Source: Planctomycetota bacterium
GTDB lineage: Bacteria; Planctomycetota; PLA2; JAEUHO01
DNA: 64,000 nucleotides
Direction: 5' to 3'
Assembly (NCBI GenBank): GCA_965222115.1
Contig: CBDCTJ010000007.1
Location: 704,001-768,000 of the forward strand
This document shows, one piece after another, positions 9,592-17,557 of this stretch. The notes beneath the pieces were generated by a model, which did no database searches, was not told the origin of the DNA, and was given only the letters and a program-made list of their open reading frames with translations. How positions within the stretch are numbered: the stretch's first letter is position 1; every line of letters begins with the position of its first letter. Both the position numbers and the translations under genes were made by a program.

Positions 9592-10098
9592 ATGGTTCAC
9601 GCAGGGCCGCTTTACGAGACACAGCTCTATCAGGGACTGCTGGAGGCAGAGAATATTCCTGCCCACGTTCCCGATGCGAATCTACGGGTCCTGGATCCTT
9701 ACTACGTGGGCGGGGCGCCGCTAATTAGCGAACTTCGCGTTCCACGCGAGTACGTATCGGAAGCTCGTGCATTGGTGGAGGCGTATCGTCAAGATGGGGC
9801 CAAGGCACTAGCCCAGATGCCTGAGTTTCAGCATGACGTCGAGGCGTCGACTTCGGATGCGGCGCAACAAGAGCGTTTAGAGACGCTTGCTCGACGCACT
9901 CGATGGCTTTCCCTCTTTTGGATTATAGCGCCGCTGGCCATTTTTATGGGGTTGCGCTATTGGGTGATTTCGCGGCGAGAGAGTTGCAAGAGTGAAAGCC
10001 ATGCGCTCACGCTCGCGTCCATTGCGCTTGCCATGATTGGCGGCCTGGGTTACTTCATCGCGTTCTTTTTTCCCGAGTTCGTTGGGCTTGCGACTTAG
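9592..10098 (+). CDS. DUF2007-like putative signal-transducing membrane protein
   Basis: GLLEAENIPAHV...ELRVPREYVSEARALV pattern plus two C-terminal hydrophobic helices. The start codon is uncertain. Confidence 0.65.
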   Translation: MVHAGPLYETQLYQGLLEAENIPAHVPDANLRVLDPYYVGGAPLISELRVPREYVSEARALVEAYRQDGAKALAQMPEFQHDVEASTSDAAQQERLETLARRTRWLSLFWIIAPLAIFMGLRYWVISRRESCKSESHALTLASIALAMIGGLGYFIAFFFPEFVGLAT

Positions 10099-11447
10099 AT
10101 CGACTTTAGAAACTCAACGAGGTCATCGATCTCGTCCGTCGTGAGTCCGAGCGATTGTAACGTGTTGTAGTGCTCCACGACCTCATGCAGCGTTGCGAAG
10201 CGACCGTCGTGAAAGAAACCACCTTTGGTATGACTCCATAGACCGCGTAGGGGTGCCGTGCGGTACTGGCCGGTGGGGCTGCGATCGGCTTGGAAACTGT
10301 CGATACCCATTTCCGCAGGGGTATGCAATCCGCGTCCGGGCTCGGTGTAGAGCGGTTCCACATGGCACGTGGAACACTGGGCGCTACCGGAAAAGAGCAC
10401 CTCGCCTCGTGCGGCGGCATCCACGTCGTAGCTTCCCGCGGGGGCCTCGGGGGGCGCGAGCGAAAGTTGGTAGTAGTGCAAAGCCGCGAGCTTTGATGTA
10501 ATGCGATTCTCTGTATCGGTGCTCATACCAAAGCCGTTGTTGGCGGCGACGGGGTGACGCGCGCCGTCGTTGAGGCGTGTATCGAGAAACGGACCGCGAC
10601 CGTTCATCTCCAGTTTCGACACAAACGCATTCCAGTAGGGCACGCTACCCCATCCAGTCCATGTTGCGAGTTCTACGCCAGCAAGTCCAAACGCGGGTGG
10701 TATCAACACCGCCGCTGCACCGCCACTGGGGTGAAACGCCTTGCCGTCGAGGTTGAGGTGCGCATCGAACTTCCCAGGGCCCCAACTGTTGAGCACGTCC
10801 TTGACGGTTTGTTCGTTGACGCCCAGCAAGTTCTGAAACGCACTCAGATCAGGAGCCGACGCAACAATCGCCCCCACATTGAGATCGCGATTGGCCCAGC
10901 CGTCGAGTCTCTTGCCAATGCCCGCCGAAAACGAGTCATCCACGACGGAATGGCAGAGTGCGCAGGTAATGCCCATGCCCGTGATCTGTCCGCCGGTGTC
11001 AAAGATGCCCTTTACACCGACCACTGCGTCCAGTTGTAGGAGGGCCAACGTGGTTGCGGGGTCATCAAGATCCACGGTGCCATTGGTAATGCCATCCACG
11101 ACCGATTGCGGCAGTTTCTCTGCGTCAACTTTGAGACCAAGCGCAAGTGCTGTTGCCGGACTCACGCCCGGTCCCACGCCGCCGTTGGCGGCCCCCGCGA
11201 TGGCTTCGTGCAGACGCAGCGTGTCGCCCCAGAACGACTCGTCGCCAAACGTCTCATAGCGAAATGTCTCGCGCCCCTCGGCGATCATCTGCTGCGCGTA
11301 GGCAACGACCGGATCGGTAGGCGTCGGCGTGAAACTACTGTTGCTGGAGCCTTTGTGGTCACAGCTCATTGCGAATAGAGCGACGAGAACCGCTCCAGCG
11401 GCGAGAACGGGCGTAGCATGACGAAGTTGCGGTGCAGTCGTAGGCAT
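10095..11447 (-). CDS. Di-heme cytochrome c lipoprotein (cytochrome c peroxidase/RoxA-like superfamily)
   Basis: Two CxxCH motifs (CALCH, CSTCH), C-terminal YRTAPLRGLW...FFHDGRFATL motif of CcP/MauG-like proteins, lipobox-like AMSC, and GGGAGG RBS. Confidence 0.8.
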   Translation of the reverse strand: MPTTAPQLRHATPVLAAGAVLVALFAMSCDHKGSSNSSFTPTPTDPVVAYAQQMIAEGRETFRYETFGDESFWGDTLRLHEAIAGAANGGVGPGVSPATALALGLKVDAEKLPQSVVDGITNGTVDLDDPATTLALLQLDAVVGVKGIFDTGGQITGMGITCALCHSVVDDSFSAGIGKRLDGWANRDLNVGAIVASAPDLSAFQNLLGVNEQTVKDVLNSWGPGKFDAHLNLDGKAFHPSGGAAAVLIPPAFGLAGVELATWTGWGSVPYWNAFVSKLEMNGRGPFLDTRLNDGARHPVAANNGFGMSTDTENRITSKLAALHYYQLSLAPPEAPAGSYDVDAAARGEVLFSGSAQCSTCHVEPLYTEPGRGLHTPAEMGIDSFQADRSPTGQYRTAPLRGLWSHTKGGFFHDGRFATLHEVVEHYNTLQSLGLTTDEIDDLVEFLKSI

Positions 11448-11469
11448 AGCGCCTCCCTTCGGACTGCAC

Positions 11470-11501
11470 GATTGGATGGCCGCAAGGCCGAAGGTGTTAC
11501 A
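11470..11501 (-). promoter_or_regulatory. ECF-type promoter TGTAAC-N19-TCCAATC facing the cytochrome c gene
   Basis: The minus strand reads TGTAAC-accttcggccttgcggcca-TCCAATC, with the same boxes and spacing as the plus-strand copy. Confidence 0.7.
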
Positions 11502-11525
11502 GGAGGTGGCAATTCAAAGAAAAGA

Positions 11526-11557
11526 TGTAACGCACTCGTGTCGGCGCCCGTCCAATC
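11526..11557 (+). promoter_or_regulatory. ECF-type promoter TGTAAC-N19-TCCAATC facing the sigma factor gene
   Basis: The plus strand reads TGTAAC-gcactcgtgtcggcgcccg-TCCAATC. AAC at -35 and CGTC at -10 match the general ECF consensus. Confidence 0.7.
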
Positions 11558-11591
11558 CATGCTGGGCACTGTAAGGAGCTAGAAAACCACC

Positions 11592-12329
11592 ATGCGGGCT
11601 TCAAACGTACAACCCACGTCTCACTCATCAGCTACGGGATTGCTTACCAAGTCCGATGCACACGTCATTGCGTCGGTGCTCGGTGGCCGTGAGGCGAATT
11701 TCGAGATCCTCATGCGTCGCCACAACGAACGCGTGTATCGCACGGCGCGAGCGATCCTTCGCGATGAGCACGACGTGGAAGATGTCATGCAACAGGCGTG
11801 GGTATCGGCGTACAAGGGTCTCCCCAACTTTCAAGGCAATGCCACATTCGCCACCTGGCTCACGCGCATCACGGTCAATGAGGCCTTGACGCGTCGTCGT
11901 CAACGACTCCGTCAAGATCGGCAAACCTCTCAGGATCCCGCGTGGATAGAAGACCGAACCAACGTGGCCGCGCCAGTCTCCGATCCGTTGGGCACATCGG
12001 AATTGCAGTCGATCGTAATGGCCGCGGTCGAACGGTTACCCGCGCCCCTGCGCATCGTCTTTGTGTTGCGCGCGATACAAGGGCTCGACAGTCGCGAGAC
12101 AGCAAAGTCGCTCGGCATCGCAAATACCTTGGCGCGCGTGCGTTACCACCGCGCCCGCGCCAAGCTGCGCAAGGCCCTCACGTCCCGTGCCGACGCCGAA
12201 CTCGCGCAGACATTCCGCTTTTATATCCCGCGATGCGACAAAGTGGTGGGCGGCGTGCTTGCGACGCTTGACATTTCCCCGGATCCCGCAATCCGTGCGG
12301 GTGTCCTTGCCCTGTTGGAGTCGATGTAG
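11592..12329 (+). CDS. ECF RNA polymerase sigma-70 factor with C-terminal RCD motif
   Basis: Region 2 (HNERVYRTARAILRDEHDVEDVMQ...FATWLTRI), region 4 HTH, C-terminal FRFYIPRCDKVV, and AAGGAG RBS. Confidence 0.92.
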   Translation: MRASNVQPTSHSSATGLLTKSDAHVIASVLGGREANFEILMRRHNERVYRTARAILRDEHDVEDVMQQAWVSAYKGLPNFQGNATFATWLTRITVNEALTRRRQRLRQDRQTSQDPAWIEDRTNVAAPVSDPLGTSELQSIVMAAVERLPAPLRIVFVLRAIQGLDSRETAKSLGIANTLARVRYHRARAKLRKALTSRADAELAQTFRFYIPRCDKVVGGVLATLDISPDPAIRAGVLALLESM

Positions 12330-12376
12330 ATCTGTTCGCGCCCGATGCGCCACAAAAGCCAGGATTCTGTGGCGCG

Positions 12377-12976
12377 CTAGTCGCCTAGCACGTTTTGTCC
12401 ACCGTCCTCGAGTTGCTTGGGGCGTTGCCAATAGTTGAACTGGGGTGTCCAGTCGTTTGCGTCTATGCCCGCTACGCCCAGGAAACTCCACATGGAGCAG
12501 TAGATGTCGCCAGGGCCAAAAACGCAGGCGTTTTTGCGGTAGACCTTGCCATCCTTCCGTTCATAGACGACGGCGCCGGGATAGTTGCCGCCGCCCATCA
12601 CGCCCTGTTCCTTGAGATACGTCCCGCCGCCATGCGACACGAGCCGATAGCGCCAGCCGCGACTGTTGGCAAACTTGCGTTGAGCGTCGGGCGTGTCTTT
12701 CGAAGCTAAGACAACCGCCATGGCCGATTCCAAGTGGTGTAAGATGCCATTGAATCCGTCGGCCCAAAGCGTGCAGTAGCGACACCCCTGACCCATGTTG
12801 TGAATCACCAGCAGCTTGTCGTGTTGGCCGAAGAGCTCCAGAAGGTTTGTCTTGCCGGAGAGGGTTTCAAACTCGTAGTTTTGGACCTCGGTGGGCTCGG
12901 ACTTCGCCCTCAGCGCATTGAGCGCTTCGATCTTCTTCATGATGTCGTGTTCGAGTTGTTGAATCTCAGTGGGCAT
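12377..12976 (-). CDS. DUF899 family thioredoxin-like protein
   Basis: LLELFGQHDKLLVIHNMGQGCRYCTLWADG motif. ATG at 12976 has a GAGGAG RBS. Confidence 0.85.
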   Translation of the reverse strand: MPTEIQQLEHDIMKKIEALNALRAKSEPTEVQNYEFETLSGKTNLLELFGQHDKLLVIHNMGQGCRYCTLWADGFNGILHHLESAMAVVLASKDTPDAQRKFANSRGWRYRLVSHGGGTYLKEQGVMGGGNYPGAVVYERKDGKVYRKNACVFGPGDIYCSMWSFLGVAGIDANDWTPQFNYWQRPKQLEDGGQNVLGD

Positions 12977-13041
12977 GGTGACTCCTCGGCGCAATGCGAT
13001 TGACGCCTCGTAGTATGAGCATTCCAGCAGGAGGTCCACCC

Positions 13042-13506
13042 ATGAGTGAGCGCTCACTAGAGGAATTGATCGAGAGGCTCGATTCATCGCGCGCGTCACT
13101 GTTGCAGGGCATGGACGTGTGGGATCTCGATGTGGAGGTCAATCCCACGAGCGGTTGGCGCGTCAAGGATGTCCTCTGTCACATTGCGCAGTGGGAGCGC
13201 CTCGTCGCCCAAGCGTTCGAGGCGCATCGGTTGGGCATACGCAGCCCAGTGTTTGAGCCCTTCGACATCCACGCCATCAATGAACGGATTCGAGCGCTCC
13301 ACGCCGAACACACGCGTGATCGCGTAGTGCAACTCCTTGATCAAACCCGCGCGTCGTTTCTCTTCGCGTTAACGCAGGTGCCACGTGACGAAACCGTCAT
13401 GATGCCCTGGGGTCGCACGGGAACACCTCTCGAAAAAGCGCTCGATATGCACAATCACGAATGTCACCACACGCAACAGATCATTGCGGCTTGTGCGCGC
13501 GCGTAG
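13042..13506 (+). CDS. DinB/maleylpyruvate-isomerase-like metal-dependent protein
   Basis: WRVKDVLCHIAQWE and HECHHTQQI His motifs, with an AGGAGG RBS before ATG 13042. Confidence 0.85.
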   Translation: MSERSLEELIERLDSSRASLLQGMDVWDLDVEVNPTSGWRVKDVLCHIAQWERLVAQAFEAHRLGIRSPVFEPFDIHAINERIRALHAEHTRDRVVQLLDQTRASFLFALTQVPRDETVMMPWGRTGTPLEKALDMHNHECHHTQQIIAACARA

Positions 13507-14263
13507 CGATGAACGTGTCCATGTAGTCCGTAATCGGGTCGCCCACCGGTGACGCAAAGCGATCTTCGAAGAATCCGTCGATCACCAGGCCTGCCCGTAG
13601 CTGCCCGCCGATCTGGTCTTCAAGCGTGTGGCCAAATTCCATGACGTCGCCTTGGGCAAGTTGACCTTGCACGTAGTCGTCGTGAATATTGTCCAGATCG
13701 GAATAGGGGATCTTGTGCACGACGTGTAGTGTTCCTTGATCGACAAGCCTGTCATCGAAGAGGTAGCGCACAGGATTGCTAAAGCCTGCCAGCAAGATGC
13801 CCCCCGGTCGCAGCACACGTGCGCACTCGCGCCATACGGACAGCACGGCATCAACAAAGCAGTTCGATACCGGATGGAAGATGAGATCGAAGGACGCGTC
13901 GCAAAGCTCGGGGAAGTCGCGCATGTCGCCCTCAACGAGACGAATGTCGAGTCCCTCCCGCGTTGCGACCAGGCGGTCTTGGTCAAGTTGCTTAGGCGAG
14001 TTGTCGAGTACCGTGACATTTGCACCCGCTGCGGCCAAGACCGGCGCCTGCTGCCCGCCTCCCGACGCGAGGCACAGTACCTCCGCACCGGAAAGCGGCG
14101 GATACCATGCCTCGGGCACGGGTTTGGTGGGTGTGAGCAAGAGCGACCAGTCCCCTTGCTTTGCTCGAGCGATCGTTTCGCTCGTTACCGGCCGTGTCCA
14201 CGGGTTCTGTAGATCGACTTGTCGGTCCCAAGCCAAACGATTGTGTGCTCGCACGTCGTCCAT
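13481..14263 (-). CDS. Class I SAM-dependent methyltransferase
   Basis: Motif I VLCLASGGGQQ, then VEGDM, SFDLIFHP and RVLRPGGIL. Confidence 0.92.
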   Translation of the reverse strand: MDDVRAHNRLAWDRQVDLQNPWTRPVTSETIARAKQGDWSLLLTPTKPVPEAWYPPLSGAEVLCLASGGGQQAPVLAAAGANVTVLDNSPKQLDQDRLVATREGLDIRLVEGDMRDFPELCDASFDLIFHPVSNCFVDAVLSVWRECARVLRPGGILLAGFSNPVRYLFDDRLVDQGTLHVVHKIPYSDLDNIHDDYVQGQLAQGDVMEFGHTLEDQIGGQLRAGLVIDGFFEDRFASPVGDPITDYMDTFIATRAHKPQ

Positions 14264-14278
14264 GCGGTGACCTTGCCG

Positions 14279-14608
14279 TTATTCCTCTTCGGTGACCTCG
14301 GCGCCGGGCGCGTTGTCCTTTACCGATGCGATGCCCTTTTCCATGTTGTCGGCGCTCTTATACATCTGGCTTGTGCCGATGATCTCTGCGTTGGCCGCCT
14401 TCAAGACGAAGTAGGGCGAGTCGTCCTTGGCGGTCTTTCGCTCGTACTGTGCATCGTTGGGTGCGTTAGTCTTAACCGACTCGATGCCGTTTTTGGCGCC
14501 GGCCTTTTGCTTGTAGCGCTGGCTCGTAAGAATCGTCTGACCGTTGGCGGCGACGAGGTTGAAAAGAAACTCCTCACCGGAACTCTTGATAACAAACTTG
14601 GCGGCCAT
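14279..14608 (-). CDS. yegP: YegP/DUF1508 family protein
   Basis: Two tandem repeats (FNLVAANGQTILTSQRY and YFVLKAANAEIIGTSQMY), with an AAGGAG RBS before ATG 14608. Confidence 0.9.
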   Translation of the reverse strand: MAAKFVIKSSGEEFLFNLVAANGQTILTSQRYKQKAGAKNGIESVKTNAPNDAQYERKTAKDDSPYFVLKAANAEIIGTSQMYKSADNMEKGIASVKDNAPGAEVTEEE

Positions 14609-14697
14609 GGTGTTCTCCTTCGATGAACAACGGTGTTTGACGGTCATGCGATGTGACGGGCAGACTATACGGCATCCCTCCCGCACGTCGCAGGTTG

Positions 14698-15900
14698 TCA
14701 CTTGCTCGATTGGATGGGTAGTTCCTGAGCGTTCTTCCACGGAACCTGGGGCCACCAACGCTCGATCGGTAGCGGTCGTTCCGACTCAATGCTCTCTCCG
14801 GGGCGTGGCGTGGCGATGCGTATGCCAGCGGCTTTCGCGGCGACCAGCGAACGCTCGATGGGCGCCGTCCAGCCATGCGGCGCAAGATTGAAGAGCGCCC
14901 AGTGCACCGGCAGGTACACGTTGCCTCGAAGCATTTGATGAGCCGCCACCGCTTGTTCCGGCCCCATATGGACGTCGGCCCATGCACTGGAATAGGCACC
15001 GGCATCGAGCATGGTGATGTCGAAGGGGCCGAGCCGTTCGCCGATGGTCTTGAAGCCCGGAAACATGGAGGTGTCGCCCGAAAAGAACGCGCGGCGCGTG
15101 GGTCCCACAAGGGCGTAGCCGCACCATAGTGTTTCCCCGCGATCAAACACACCGCGCCCCGAGAAGTGCCGCGCAGGTGTGCATGTGAGGGTGATGTCGC
15201 CAAACGCGTGGGTGTCCCACCAATCCAGGGCAAGGATCTTCTCCTTCGCCACGCCCCAGTACTCAAGGTGCGAACCTACGCCTAGCGGAACCACAAACAA
15301 TGTGTCCCATGATTTGATGCGTTTGATCGTTGGATAGTCAAGGTGATCATAGTGGTCGTGCGAGATCAATACGGCATCGACATCGGGCAGATCGTCGAGT
15401 GCCAACACTGGTGCGTACCAACGTTTGGGTCCAATCCACGGCAGTGGCGAGGCGCGATCGCCCCACACCGGATCCGTAAGAAAGCGCTTGCCATCGATCT
15501 CAATCAACAACGTCGAGTGCCCAAGCCACGTCACGCGCAGCCCTGAAGGTGGCGGCGTAGCAAACATCGTCGGATCGACGGCCCGCGCATCGACGGCGTG
15601 CTTGGGCGTTACATGCTCGGGATTGTCGAAGACCGCCGTTGTAAACGCCTTCCAAAGGCTCATGCGCATGGGCACGGGGTTCTTAAACTCGCCATCGTCC
15701 CAGTTGGGAGAGCGTTGCATACGCGCTAGGCGTTCGCCGGAGGGACGCTTTCCCAGCGGTACCCACATTTGAATCGTGACGAAAATAGAGAACAGCGCAA
15801 GAAACACGAGCAAACCAAGTGCAATGCGACGTAGGCGACGTCGAGGGGGTCGCGTCGTGGGCTTGACGCGAGCATCCGAACGGGTCTCTTTGTCATTCAT
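14698..15900 (-). CDS. MBL-fold metallo-hydrolase (NAPE-PLD/RomA-like)
   Basis: TWLGHST, SHDHYDHLD, PARHFSGR, FSGDT and PVHW motifs, plus an N-terminal TM anchor. Confidence 0.92.
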   Translation of the reverse strand: MNDKETRSDARVKPTTRPPRRRLRRIALGLLVFLALFSIFVTIQMWVPLGKRPSGERLARMQRSPNWDDGEFKNPVPMRMSLWKAFTTAVFDNPEHVTPKHAVDARAVDPTMFATPPPSGLRVTWLGHSTLLIEIDGKRFLTDPVWGDRASPLPWIGPKRWYAPVLALDDLPDVDAVLISHDHYDHLDYPTIKRIKSWDTLFVVPLGVGSHLEYWGVAKEKILALDWWDTHAFGDITLTCTPARHFSGRGVFDRGETLWCGYALVGPTRRAFFSGDTSMFPGFKTIGERLGPFDITMLDAGAYSSAWADVHMGPEQAVAAHQMLRGNVYLPVHWALFNLAPHGWTAPIERSLVAAKAAGIRIATPRPGESIESERPLPIERWWPQVPWKNAQELPIQSSK

Positions 15901-15989
15901 ACGAATCCGCGAAGTCTACGAGCAGACAGTGGGCCTCTTTCTGAGTTACGCGCCGCGAAACTGTCCCCACCCACATGGATGCTGAAGCG

Positions 15990-16526
15990 ATGCGCATCAC
16001 CGTCTTGCTCGTCTGTTTTCTACTCGTGCCCACAGCGCTCAGCGCCAAGGACGATACACCTGTGGCGTCGTTTCCGTCGAAACTCCTTGGCACGTGGAAG
16101 GGCCCCGCCACCGTGAAGCGCCCGGGTCAAGCCGATATGTCGTTTCCCATGGAACTTCATGTGGAACCGATCGAAGGCAGAGATTCCTGGACGTGGAAGG
16201 TGATTTACGGCGAAGGTGAGAAGCGCCAGGTGCGTCCCTACGAACTCCTCGCCACAAAGGACGATCCCCACCACTTTCAGATCGACGAGAAGAACAGCAT
16301 CGTCATCGACGCCTACCACATCGACGGTCGCCTCTACTCGCGCTTCTGGGTTGCCGACAACATGATTGACGCTACCTACGAACGCAGCGGCGACAATCTC
16401 ATTTGCACGCTCGTCACCTACGGTGCCAAACCAGTCGTCATGACCGGTGGCAAGGGTCGTGTCCCTCGTGTGGCAAGCTACGAGTTGCGCGCGGTGCAGC
16501 GGGCGGTGTTGAAGAAGTCGCGTTGA
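15990..16526 (+). CDS. Secreted beta-barrel (lipocalin-like) hypothetical protein
   Basis: Signal peptide MRITVLLVCFLLVPTALSA, LGTWKG motif and all-beta composition. An alternative start exists at 15975. Confidence 0.7.
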   Translation: MRITVLLVCFLLVPTALSAKDDTPVASFPSKLLGTWKGPATVKRPGQADMSFPMELHVEPIEGRDSWTWKVIYGEGEKRQVRPYELLATKDDPHHFQIDEKNSIVIDAYHIDGRLYSRFWVADNMIDATYERSGDNLICTLVTYGAKPVVMTGGKGRVPRVASYELRAVQRAVLKKSR

Positions 16527-16552
16527 CGAGCGCTGGCGCGACGGTGCCAGCG

Positions 16553-17542
16553 CTACTTATCAACTTTCAGAGACGTTAGCTGCATATGGGCCTGATCCGC
16601 TCGATAGATCGTGTTATACATCAAGTCGTTTCGCTTTCGAATACCGCTGACGCGATCGCGCAGCTTAGCAACCAAGGATCGATATTTATGCGGATCCCTG
16701 AGGACAATGTCACACTGCGCGAGCACGGCAAGTGGTTCTGATGGGTCAAATACCGGTTGACGTGCAATCCATGTGCGGTGCTCATCAATTTGGCGCTGTG
16801 CGGGTTTCGATTGCTCGAACGAGCCACGCGTGCGGATTGTCTCAAGTTCACTTATGATTCGGGCGCGAATAACCGCTTGGTGCGCAGGATTCGAGGTTTG
16901 AGCGAGTAACGCGAGTAGTCTCTTGACAATCTGCTGGGACTCCCAAATTAGGCCGGGCACGCTGTAAGTGAAGTATCTAGCCTCAGCAACGATGTCGGCG
17001 ACTTTCATATCTATCTTCCATCCAATACACTCCGGGTGCATTGAATGACGCTTGACGATGCCCGATAGTGCTCCCCTTTGTTTAGAGGCCTTTCCGAACA
17101 CCTTGTGGAGCAACGCGCTTGCGGTATGGTAGCTTATGTCAGCTACTTCACTCCTTCGTTCGTGCTGAGGAGTCTTTTCAAGTTGCCTCATTAGATCTTC
17201 ATACTTCTTATGTTTCCATAAGTGGCCGTATAGCTTCCTTTCGCCGGCTATGTTGGTCGGATTGGGTGAGATTGAGCGCTCGTCTTTTGCATACTGAGTC
17301 CATAGTTTGTTGGCAAGTCGCATAAAAGACAAAAGTTCATCTGCGCTATTCGGGGCATCTCGATGCGTGAGGTATGCGCCATCGGGTGCAAGTGCGTAGA
17401 TTTGCGAGAATCCTTGATTTGAAAGTCGCAAATGCAGGAGTCTGCCCTCTTCCGTGGCATCTAGCCCGCCGAGTATCCTAACTGCCACGAACTTGTCGCC
17501 GAATCCTCTCATTTTTAGATCGCAGAACACACGGTCCCGCAT
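16553..17542 (-). CDS. C-terminal half of a thioredoxin-like fold plus helical region; probably the read-through continuation of the TIR-STAND-WD40 gene
   Basis: Same frame as the upstream ORF, with no RBS seen before ATG 17542. It begins mid-Trx fold (MRDRVFCD...FVAVRI...EEGRLL...GFSQIYALAPDG). Confidence 0.6.
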   Translation of the reverse strand: MRDRVFCDLKMRGFGDKFVAVRILGGLDATEEGRLLHLRLSNQGFSQIYALAPDGAYLTHRDAPNSADELLSFMRLANKLWTQYAKDERSISPNPTNIAGERKLYGHLWKHKKYEDLMRQLEKTPQHERRSEVADISYHTASALLHKVFGKASKQRGALSGIVKRHSMHPECIGWKIDMKVADIVAEARYFTYSVPGLIWESQQIVKRLLALLAQTSNPAHQAVIRARIISELETIRTRGSFEQSKPAQRQIDEHRTWIARQPVFDPSEPLAVLAQCDIVLRDPHKYRSLVAKLRDRVSGIRKRNDLMYNTIYRADQAHMQLTSLKVDK

Positions 17543-17548
17543 GAAGAG
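17506..17548 (-). promoter_or_regulatory. Candidate bacterial SECIS hairpin
   Basis: Minus strand after the second TGA reads CTCTTCAT-GCGGGAC-CGTGT-GTTCTGC-gatctaaaa-ATGAGAG. It has a 7-bp upper stem (2 G-U) and a 5-nt loop with G at position 2, 15 and 24 nt from the two UGAs. Confidence 0.45.
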
Positions 17549-17557
17549 TCAGGTTGG

